A stretch of 64,000 bases of DNA, taken from NCBI GenBank assembly GCA_951406725.2, contig OX597830.1, forward strand, positions 17,918,001-17,982,000. Direction: 5' to 3'. Both the position numbers and the translations under genes were made by a program. Source of the stretch: Octopus vulgaris (Eukaryota). A model generated the notes under the pieces. That model saw only the letters and a list, made by a program, of their open reading frames with translations. It did no database searches and was not told the origin of the DNA. Positions 52,479 to 64,000 of the stretch are shown piece after piece; positions within the stretch are counted from its first letter, which is position 1; each line of letters opens with the position of its first letter.

Positions 52479-55400
52479 GTCTTTATTAGCACATATAATA
52501 AAGACATATTTTTATGTCTTTATTATATAAATACATTATATAATAAATGTCTGTATGTATGTATGTACGTACGTACGTACGTATGTATGTATGTATGTAT
52601 GTATGTATGTATGTATGTATGTATGTATGTACGTACGTACGTACGTACGTACGTACGTATGTATGTATGTATGTATGTATGTATGTATGTATGTATGTAT
52701 GTATGTATGTATGTATGTATGTATGTATACAGGATGTCCACATCTATAAACAAGACAGTGTTCAAGCTTGATCTTTTATTAAATATTTTTCCTGTTCGTC
52801 TTGTTTGACTTTTATGTTTGGACCAATCATATTTTTCAATCCATTCACATTTCGAGACCATCCCGGCTTCATTTCTGAATGAAACGATTGCAAAGGCATG
52901 TTCTTGGTACGTTTCGCAGTAGATAACATGGAATCATGAGAACAATGTTGGCACTGATAAAAATCAACGTCGATTTGAAATTGCCTTTAACGACTAACGC
53001 CTGATTACTTCTTTCATACTTTATTTCACACTTGCTGTATATGTGTGTTGACTTTTGGTTTGTATTTTGCTGTTAACAATGTAATTTATTTACATTATCG
53101 TTATCCGTAGAGAAAATGAAAGGTTTTTTTTTTTACGATTATTTGAAATGAAGAAAGGGATATAATATATCATTATTCAAAGCTTTCGGTTTTGAATACT
53201 CACGTACATGTTTTTTTTCCCTGGTGTTTCAATAGAAAAATCAAATACAAATAGCTCTCCATTATGTTATAAGTGAACAAACTAGGAGAAAAAAATTTTT
53301 CTTTTTCATTGTTAATGAAAGGTGACGTATCATTACCTCTGTGAATAAAAAACTTTAAATAATGCTTAGCGATGGGTTTACTCTGTAGCTAAAAAGTATG
53401 AGTATGAATTTACCAATGTATTGGTTTGCAATGTAATTGGCTTAAGATATAATTACGTTCAGACGAAATTATCAGGCAATGTCATTCACCGTTATGTAAT
53501 TACTCGTTATGAATCTACCAAGCACACACAAATTCCTTTTGCTAGCTTTGTTCACCCAAGTCTCATTAAAGTTTTCAGTTTCTTATCTCCGATTATATTT
53601 ACTGTTTCCATAGAGTTCTGCAAATGTTTCCTAGGTAACAAGGAGTTGATCGTTTTCAAGACGCGCTCTCAGGCATCTTCGTATCGTAGGTGCAGAGACC
53701 CTTGCCCCACAAATCCAAATACCAGTCTCTCGCCCACCCCCGTATAGCAGGTCTTTTACAATACAGCCATCATTCATGTGTGGATATGTCCAAGCTATCA
53801 AAGTTGATAATTGTACAGGAAAGGGAATATGGAAGCGTTACATGTTCTGTTAAGTAGGTATTATAGATGCTGTCCTGCCTTTTGATCCCAAGTATTGGGA
53901 AGACTCGGGAAGACCAAAAATGGCTTCAAAGTCATAACATGCCGGCAGGAAAATAACATCACTAGGTGAGACAAGCTGACAGGGAATTAGCTTCGCTGAT
54001 TGACAAGTGAGGGTCTCGTTTAGAGAATGCGAGGGCTAAGAATACGCGCCTTCGTTGGTCAGTTAAAGTTGAGATAGTGTCACGTGACAACTTGCTGGGG
54101 CTGCCAGCTGGAGCCTAGCAGCAGGTATTTAAAGGGAAATTTGACAAGACAGTCAGTCGCCCGCTGACACTCGTTGACGCTACATCGAAGAGGCCAGGGA
54201 GCAGAAGAAAGAAGAAAGAAGACATGCACCCAACACCAGAGCTGAAGACACCTCCGAAAGGGGGGGCGTCAAAACGGTAGAGGAGTAGGGGCCGAAACTG
54301 GACATGGTTCCTCCTGATGATGTCTTGAGCTAACTGGATCCTATAAAGGAGCTGCTGTGGTAGCAGACCACGAAACACGGTTGAAATTCCTCAGCATGAC
54401 ATTTCATATTAAACACTAAGTATGTGTTCTTCTGAAGAGTACGGTGTCCCCGACTCACTATCATGCAAGAAGTGTGGTGAGAACACAAACCTTGTACACC
54501 TCGATAGGTATTTATTCTAAGAGCAGCTTATTCTTCCACATCTTTCACAATCTTAAGAATGTAGTAGCTACTTGCCAATGGGCTTCTTAAGTTTGAATCT
54601 TGGACGAAGTTGATTAACAGTGGAGCAAAAACATTGAAACTCATATATCATGCCTAGTTCTATACCGCTGAGCTTAGTGCGGAGAGGTTGGGGCTATTTC
54701 TTCCATTACTTGGGTCCTCTGGAAACTGGTTGCGAAAACACATAGGGATTAAACTCCCTAAGTTTTTGTCGGTAAGGTTTTATAAGATGCCTGCGGGGTT
54801 TGAGGAGATAGCCACGTCATCATCAAACGGCATGTCAAGTTGCGTGTGATTGTGTTTATAAACAAATATGAGTACCAACACCAGACTCCTCCGCCCCGTT
54901 GCATCACACACCAAGAAATGATAACTCAAATAAAAGCCGCATCATCCCGGCCAAGATTCATAATCGAGGTATGCAATTTTTAAAAATTTGTTGCACAAAA
55001 TGCACGAAGGGTCATATGTTGAAATTTCACCGCCAACAGAAACAAATGAACGAGATACCTAATGAAAACGACAACAATTTAAAAGAAAATACTGTAATTC
55101 GCTTTTCAAGTCTCGCAAATAAAACCAAAAAGTCACGGATGAACACGGGTGGAATATTTTCCATTCTACATGCATATTTAGCTGCAATACTCAGAAAAAT
55201 GAAACTACAACAATATATTCGTATAAAACCAGGAGAGAAAAGAGACCAGATTTAGCTATATTGTTGGACCACAAGCAAAGATGCATCCTCAAAACGGCAA
55301 AAAAAACTATCGGCAATTAAAATGGAGCATTTAGAATGAAGAATACATTGAAAAACACAAGTAACGGTCACAAAATACTTAACAATAAAAACACTGAAAA

Positions 55401-55514
55401 AGTAAACCACAAACATAGAACTGAAAATAAATAGCAAAACACCAAAAATCCGAAACCTAGAGCGACATGACACTGACCAACAAAAACCGAGCCAGAACAG
55501 CACAAAACGTATGC

Positions 55515-56535
<1,021 letters not shown>

Positions 56536-58079
56536 AGGAAGTAGCATTTTATAAATAAAACTCAAGATGAAAATCATGACCTTGACACTCTAAAGTTGGA
56601 TATAATTCAAGTATTAAAAGCAATAAATCTTCCTATGAATCAACGAAGGATAAAACTGAATCATAAAATAGCAATAACAATAAAAAAAACAAATCTGTTT
56701 ATCACAGACTTAATCAAAACTTAATTGAAACAGATACAAATATTAGGACTTAATTAAAACAAATGCAAACATTGATATCAGCTTTATCAGATTAATTGAA
56801 GTAATATATGCAAGCAGCCTATGTTGTGAGTAAGGAAAGTATTACTCCCTCTGATTCACTCAAATACGAGTATGGAAACGCAAAGGACGACGAAAACAAC
56901 AAGAGCGACGGAAACAACAACCAGAACAATTACAACGAAAACAAATATAACAAAAACAGCTGCAGCAACAACAACAATAACATCTACAAGAACAGTGATT
57001 TGTCAAACAAAGAAGTTCACAGAGAAGAGCCCGTTAAAACTACTGCCGCCTCTATAGCAACTAACTACGGCAGCAGAAACAAAACTACTTGAATAATAAG
57101 CAATAACAGCAACAACAACGACAAAGTATCAAGAACAACAGCAACAGCAGCAACAGCAAAAACAACAATGACGACAACACCAAAAGCAATAACATCGGCC
57201 GGGCACAAAATATTAGCAGCAATAACGATTACAAGCTTTCCTACGCTGGATTAGTCCTCACGAGGGGAATTATACAGTATATCCCTAGACAATGAACGAG
57301 AGAAATTACAAGGCGCCGCGTGATTTACGAAAATTGAAAAGAAACAGATAGAGCTCAAGACCCCCTCCTGAAACTCTAGTTGCAACCGTTAGAAAGACCG
57401 CTATATATCGGATGAGTGAGTTTAGCAACTCATCAAAAGGAGACAGATACTAACGCACAAGTAGAACGGTCCCTTCGCGATGTGTAGCAGGACATCGAGC
57501 ATATATCTAGGGCAAAGCAGTTCGATGGATTGAAGGCCTATTTAAGACTGAGGCCCCTGTAGTGCAACAGTCAGTGGTCGTCTGCTGCAGTGAAAGACTT
57601 CACTTTCTTCCCCACATATTCGGGAAAAAGGGTGGTAAAGATAACAATAGCAAGGGTCCCATCAGTGCTAGACCTCTGGTTTATCTTGGAAAGCATTGTA
57701 TTGGAGATCAAACATTGAGTGGATGTGAAGAGAACGAGATGAGAGAAATCAGTTCGGATCGCACTGGAGTTCTTTCTCTTTGTGAAGCCAGAGCATCTGG
57801 AAAGGATTCCAGATTTCATCTCCCTGTCGATATGGGCTGAGGAGGACAGATAATCTAGATGCCACATCTATGGCATCTAGGTTATCTGTCGTCTGCCCAA
57901 TCAGACTGATTGGTCGTCTGCCCATTCAGCCAAAATAGGAAAAGTGAAAAGAAGGCCCCCATTGCTTCTGACACTATCACTGCAGTAACAATGTACAATA
58001 ACAATAGCAGCCAAGAAAAAGGGCTACAAAAACAGTATCTAGACCAATATTAACAATAGTAACCACAACACCTACAAAC

Positions 58080-58482
58080 ACAGCAGGAGTGGATGTATGG
58101 TAAGTAACTTGCTTACGAACCACATGGTTCCGGGTTCAATCCCATTGCGTGGCACCTTGGTGTCTTCTACCATAGCCTTGGGCCGACCATAGCCTTGTGA
58201 GTGGATTTGGTAGACGGAAACTGAAAGAAGCCCGTCGTATATATGTATATGTATGTGTGTGTGTGTGCATTTGTGTGTCTGTGTTTGTCCCCTCAACATC
58301 GCTTGACAACCGATGCTGGTGTGTTTTCGTGTCCGTAACTTAGCGGTTCGGCGAAAGAGACCGATAGAATAAGTACTAGGCTTACAAAGAATGAGACCTG
58401 GGGTCGATTTCCTCGACTAAAGGCGGTACTCCAGCATGGCCACAGTCAAATGACTGAAACAAATAAAAGAGTAAAAGAGTAA
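58080..58482 (+). mobile_element. SINE family A
   Basis: Full-length match. Confidence 0.9.
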
Positions 58483-59217
58483 ACAGTAACAGTAGTAACA
58501 CCAACAACACCAACACCAAATTTTCCAGCAGTAGCAACTGAGGTGGTGAAAACCAATGACTGAAAACCAAAAAAAAATAATAAAGAACTGGAAGAATATA
58601 GAAAACAACTCCAACTCCACATTAACACGAAACAACGCGAAATCCATAAGTACACAATCACTATCATCACCTCCATTAACTGCAATAAAAAGAAGAATCA
58701 CAAACGAAGAGAAAAACCAGTAGAAAAACACACAAATCCAACAACCTCAGCAAAAACAATACCAACAAAATACGTAACAACGAATTGTGCCCACTTTTAA
58801 TTTCATGCTAGTAGGAAGAAAATATGAAGACCTGCTATCTTACATATCACAAAGTGGAAACATGGAGGCAGAAACCGAAGCTTTTAATAAAAGCGCAGTG
58901 AAATTCCCGGGGAGCCTGGAATTGGTAAAGCTGCTGATAAACAGATTCTTTTAATTTTTTTTTTACCTGTTTCAGTCATTTGGTTGCGGCCATGCTGGAG
59001 CACCGCCTTTAGTCGAACAAATTGACCCACAGGCCTTATTGTTTTTAAGCCTAGTACTTAATTCTATCGGTCTCTTTTGCCGAACCACTAAGTTATGAGA
59101 ACGTAAACACACCAACAGCGGTTGTCAAGCGGGGTGGGGGGACAAACACAGACACACACACATACACACACACACATATATATATGTATATATATATGTA
59201 TATATATATATATATGT

Positions 59218-59242
59218 ATATTATATAAAATCCGTTCTGTGT

Positions 59243-59293
<51 letters not shown>

Positions 59294-59780
59294 CTAGGAT
59301 CTCAAGCATCCTCCATCCGATTGCGCTCAAATTTGATATGTAGATACCGACGGTACCAGGGCGTGTATAAGTCTTGAAAAGATTACAAAAATCGATTCCA
59401 GGTGAGAATGCGATCGATAAAGCCGTTTTTATCCTGCTTTTCTTCTGTCAACCTGTACATAACTGCACCTTCCATTTTCTTTCCTGCCAAGCTTACTGTT
59501 TAAACCATGTTTGTGTTCTCCCAGTCAACAGCCTTATCATTACTGGTACTTTAAACCCTTCAGTTGCATATTTGTGTGAATAAAGTCGTTTTTCTTTGGA
59601 ATAAAAAAAAAAGCCTATCGTTATTTCTTCTTTTGCCGGTGTCCCAAATTTAGGTTAAATCAGTGTTTCTCAAAGGGGAGCCCTATGGGACGGTCGGACA
59701 AGTTGTTTTGAGAAAAATTGGTTTAAATGTTTGACAACTCAGCACCATTCATTGGATGTGGGGCGTTTTGCTCGAATATA
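59218..59780 (+). mobile_element. Possible non-autonomous Helitron-like element
   Basis: tattatataaaatccgttc-(TG)n-..ccgattgcgctcaaatttgatatg layout resembles microsatellite-carrying Helitron derivatives. No clear CTRR end. Confidence 0.4.
59661..59720. mobile_element. 60-bp hAT/Buster-type mini-element
   Basis: cagtgtttctcaaa ... tttgagaaaaattg imperfect TIRs; 8-bp TSD ggtTAaat / gttTAaat. Confidence 0.6.
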
Positions 59781-59955
59781 TATATATATATATATACGAC
59801 GGGCTTCTTTCAGTCTGTCTAACAAACCCACTCACAAGCCTTTGGTCGGCTCGAGTCTATAATAGAAGACATTTGACCAACGTGCCACTCAGTGGGACTG
59901 AACCCGGAACCATGTGGTCGGGAAGCAAACTTTTTACAACACATCCACGCCTGAT

Positions 59956-60018
<63 letters not shown>

Positions 60019-60487
60019 TGTTTTTTTATTAGCCACACAGGGCTGCTCACAGACGGGACAAATTACAAGGTAGAGCTTTTCTTTTTGGGGATAAAAAAAG
60101 GGGGTTTGGTTTTCGATCAAAAGGGATCGTAAAAGGAAAGAAAGAGGAAAGCAAAAAAAAGGGGGGGGATAAAAATAAAAGGAAAAAGAAAAAATCGATC
60201 AATAGGGATCGTTATCACAGAAATGTCAATATAAAGTGTAAAGGGAAGGACAGGTGAGGTTTACCCGTGGAAAGAAAAGCCTACGGAAAAGACCACGGTA
60301 ACCTCGGTCAATGAAGTCACATGTTATTTTTTTTTACAAATAAGCAACTCTCTGTATTAATTTTTACGGTTCATAGGATCATAGTCAAGGTGGATTCGTC
60401 ATTCATACGTGCCATCCTTGCTACATTCACCCACCTTTTTTTAAAACATTCACTAGACAAAACTTGCCTCTCTACTCTCACTTTCCT
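60019..60487 (-). mobile_element. 5'-truncated copy of the Tx1-type family flanked by (GATA)n
   Basis: Homologous to 43603-44100; GATA runs at 59955-60018 and 60489-60515. Confidence 0.9.
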
Positions 60488-60554
60488 CTAGATAGATAGA
60501 TAAATAGATAGATAGAATTCTCATTAATGTTTCTTCCAATACATTAAAATTTTT

Positions 60555-60858
60555 TGTTCCTTCTCGAGCCATGCCTGGCCCATAAGGGCCGGTTTCCCAG
60601 TTTCTTGGTGTATAGGTTCCCCACCTGGACGGGACGCACGGTCCGTCGCAGGTGAGCTGCAAGATGCAGGAGGAAAGAGTGAGAGAAAGTTGTGGCGAAA
60701 GAGTCAGCAGAAGTTTCGCCATTACCTTCTGCCGGAGCCGCGTTGAGCTTAGGTGTTTCGCTCATAAACACACACACACATCGTCCGGTCTGAGATTCGA
60801 ACCCGCGATCCCTCGACCGCGAGTCCGCTGCTCTAACCACTAGGCCATGTGCCTCCAC
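60555..60858 (-). mobile_element. SINE family C
   Basis: Near-identical to 10870-11173. Confidence 0.9.
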
Positions 60859-61944
60859 AATGCATTCAAATACTTCGGGTTTAATCAGAAGATTATAGCT
60901 ATATACAGTGTAACACACTAACGCACAATATATGTTGAATGATATTTTCTAGTTATCACGCCATAAATTCTAGTCTCCGCGTAAAGCGTAAGATTTTTTT
61001 TTTTTTTTTCAGTTAACTCAAATTTAATGGCGAAAGAAATAATCTCAACATCTTAAGTTGGAACAAGATAAGTAAAATTCACACAAGGAAGTAAGGTAAA
61101 ACGATTCGTTATCTTTCTTTCTTTTTTTTTTGCCATATTTGTTTATTCGTTTGTTTGCCTCATAAATAACGAACTGCAGCTGACTGTAGTAAGTGTAGCG
61201 GGGGTGGGTGACACCGTGTTTTACGTGCTCACGCACAAATAAATAATAAGCAACATTCGCAGCTCAATATGGAAATAATCATAACAAAAGAATCCATACA
61301 ACAGCAGAAAAATTGGAAACATTTCCATCTAACATAAGCACAAAATAAGTAAAACGCTACTTATTTAGTTATTAGGATCAAGAACAAGAAAAACAACAAC
61401 AACAGTCACATCACACTTCATATCACAATAACAACACAACATAATATACTTGAGCTGCAATATCAAGCGGATTCTCTTACTCGGCGTTTCTCCAAAATCA
61501 ATTACTTTCACTAGGAATGTGATTTTGACCTCTTCTTTCCATTAGATTTCACACACCAAAACAAAATGGAATAAAGAATCTTAAACTGTCTAAAGTCTTT
61601 GAAGCCAGACAACATTCAGACACACACCTAAAACACCTACGGTCTGAAAGAATCACTGCATTCGCAAACATCCACAACTTCTCATACAGATCTTGTCAAA
61701 TCCTCGGTATCTGAAAGCCGAGCCAATTTATAACAATTCTACGAAAATCCAACGAAATACAAAACCTAGGGATAAATCTGCTGATTAAAATGTGTAATGA
61801 TGCATCATACCATGCATATATTACTAAATTGACAAACAATGCGGAGATGCCGGGAAAGATAGAATCTGAAATCCTTTAGAATGAGAAAATAAGAAACCCT
61901 ACTCATCCTGTTTCTTCAGTTGTCTCGATCACCGCTCACAACTA

Positions 61945-63193
61945 CGAAGTGTGTCAGAATAGTAACAGGACTTAGTGTGCTGTGTGAACTATGAGTGGAT
62001 TAGGGTTGCGGCACCGTGTGACATAATATCCGGGGAGTATATAACTGCGATTTTAGCTCTCTGCAGCCAATGTACGTCTTTTCACGTGTTTTTGTTAACA
62101 GCTCCTCAATTTTAGGCCGTCAATAGATGGGCACAGAGCAATGTACCAGCCTGAAGTTTCTGGTCCGACTAGGGGAAACTCCGTCAGAAGCACTCAAACT
62201 GCAGCAGCAAGTGTACGGGGATGAGACGATGTCGTACTCACAGGTTTTCGAGTAGCACAAGAATTTTAAAGATGTGGAAGATGACCCCCCCACCAGGAGC
62301 GGGAGGCCTTCAACGAGCACGACTGAGGCCTACGTTGAAAGCGCGTGAGGCAAGTGGAGCTTGGCGATCGTCGGATGACTGTTCGACTGATCGCAAGTGA
62401 GCTGGGCTAGAACCATGACAGATTTTGGCATGCGGAATGTCTACACGAAGTTATTGAACGGTGACCAGGAGTGGTGTATGCCGGTGTGTTATGACATCCG
62501 CTAGCGTCTTGAAACCGAATCAGATATGCTGGGGAGAGTGATTACCGGTGATGAATTAAAGATCTGGAGACCAAGAGCCAGAGCCTTCAGTGAAAGTGTC
62601 CGGAGTCGCCGAAGCCGAAGAAAGCAAGACAGTCGAACTCCAAAGTCAAACTCATGTTGATCGCGTTCTTCGATGTGAAGAGCATCATCCATATAGAGCT
62701 CTTGCGATGGGCCTTGACGATCAACCAGCATCTCTACTACAACGAGGTCCTGCAGGTTTTGCTCCGTTCAGTGCTCGAGAAAAAGCAAGAGTTGTAACAG
62801 GACAACACATGGCTGCTTCCCTACAACGCACCGGCTCACAACACCCTGAGCATCCGGCAGTTATTTGAGGGGAAGGACATTGCCGTACTGAAGCAACCTC
62901 CCTTTCTCATCCAACCTAGATCCGCGTGATTTTTTTCCTTTTCCCGAAGCTCGAGAAGGTCATCAATGAGACTCGTTTCCCTGGCGTGGAAGCCATCAAG
63001 AGGCTGTGACGATGGAGCCGAGGATAATTCCAGGAGAATCCTCCCATAAGAAGATAGAGGTGTGGCGGAGAAGAATGGGAAAGAGCACTAGATTCGAGAG
63101 GAGTTATTTCGAAGGGGAAACCTGTAGTTCGTAGTTTGAATTTGATATAAAGCTTTTGTAACTTCGGTTCTGTTTATTTTCTGACACACCTTG
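61945..63193 (+). mobile_element. Decayed near full-length mariner transposon (about 1.25 kb)
   Basis: Imperfect TIRs cgaagtgtgtcagaatagtaacag / ctgtttattttctgacacaccttg with TA flanks. Transposase relic from ATG 62127: LKFLVRLGETPSEAL..VYGDETMS..RSGRPSTS..VITGDE..SKVKLMLIAFFD..NAPAH..DFFLFPKL. Confidence 0.88.
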
Positions 63194-63429
63194 TATCTTC
63201 TTCAGAAAGTCTTAAACTGATTGTGGATCTCAAAGTAATCCTATGTTGCACACCAAAAAGATTACTTCTATGCAAGGGGAGCTATGTCAACCCCGAGCCG
63301 AACACCATTACATAATGATGTAGAACCCATTCTCTTAAACTATAAGAATTAGATACTGCACAGCTTTTCAACATCCTGCTGAAACACATTTGAGATGTAC
63401 GTGAAGCTGGTATTAACACACCCAAACAA

Positions 63430-63461
<32 letters not shown>

Positions 63462-63465
<4 letters not shown>

Positions 63466-63913
63466 GTGCGATGAGTAAATTGTCGCTATTTTAAATCATT
63501 TTGGTTTTGATTTTGACTACAAAGTATAGTAGGATCAGCTGGGCACCGTCTGTGAGAAAAACAGCACCATGCCGCAATTCACTCCGCCAGAAATTTGGAA
63601 ACGACATGCTGTACTGCTTGGCATTCGTGCCGGAAGCTTCAATACGAACAAAATTCCTAGTAACACCAAGGATGAACTGAGGGCAAGGATTATAGCAACA
63701 TTCACCAACAAAAAGAGCGCCCAGAAAAGTTGCAGGAGATTCCGAAGTCGTCTGGAGGTCGTGGTTGAAGCTTATGGCGATTTTATTGAATAAATTTACT
63801 CTTTAGCATTTCAAGATATCTTTTATGTAATTTTGGTAGATATATCTGTTGAAATGAGATGTCAGTGTTATTTTCATGCGTAATTTAGACGACAGTTTAT
63901 TCACCGCACCCTT
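63462..63913 (+). mobile_element. Internally deleted Tc1/maT-like transposon (452 bp)
   Basis: TIRs cagagtgcgatgagtaaattgtcg / cgacagtttattcaccgcaccctt with TA flanks. ORF 63569-63793 ends NTKDELRARII..CRRFRSRLEVVVEAYGDFIE, a Tc1/maT C-terminus. Confidence 0.85.
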
Positions 63914-63917
63914 TATA

Positions 63918-64000
63918 TAGCTTGTTTACCAACCACATGGTTCGGGGTTCAGTCCCACTGCGTGGCACCTTGGGCAAGTGTCATCTACTATAGCCTCGGG
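63918..64000 (+). mobile_element. SINE family A 5' part (runs off window)
   Basis: tagcttgtttaccaaccacatggttcggggttcagtcccactgcgtggcaccttgggcaagtgtc. Confidence 0.88.

Larger units (their letters stand above)
58960..59952 (-). mobile_element. SINE family A split by a ~570-bp insertion
   Basis: 3' half 58960-59210 and 5' half 59795-59952. Confidence 0.85.

Noticed and set aside
56808-57092. Asn-rich 94-aa ORF
   Set aside because: Degenerate (CAA)n tract with no other coding evidence.

Overview
AT-rich eukaryotic DNA made almost entirely of repeats. The SINE families and microsatellite load match my recollection of octopus (coleoid cephalopod) genomes; this is an inference, not a search result. 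I see no host protein-coding exon, rRNA, intact tRNA or CRISPR array, and most ORF-track entries are microsatellite translations. Retroelements: a near full-length but disrupted R4/Dong-type RT+REL element (37939-42213, -) inside (TAA)n; an older R4-like relic (13078-14313); three 3' pieces of an L1/Tx1-type element abutting (GATA)n; two Penelope-like (PLE) RT relics; and a probable Gypsy 3' relic. DNA transposons: mariner, Tc1/maT, Tigger and hAT/Buster remnants. There are also about 30 copies of three or four tRNA-type SINE families. The most notable signal is not in the ORF track: about 10 recognisable and several decayed type-I hammerhead ribozyme motifs with palindromic helix III. They sit in short non-coding units that are often fold-back (inverted arms) and often border (TA)n tracts, which suggests several families of non-autonomous PLE-derived ribozyme elements. 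All coordinates and base pairings were read by eye.
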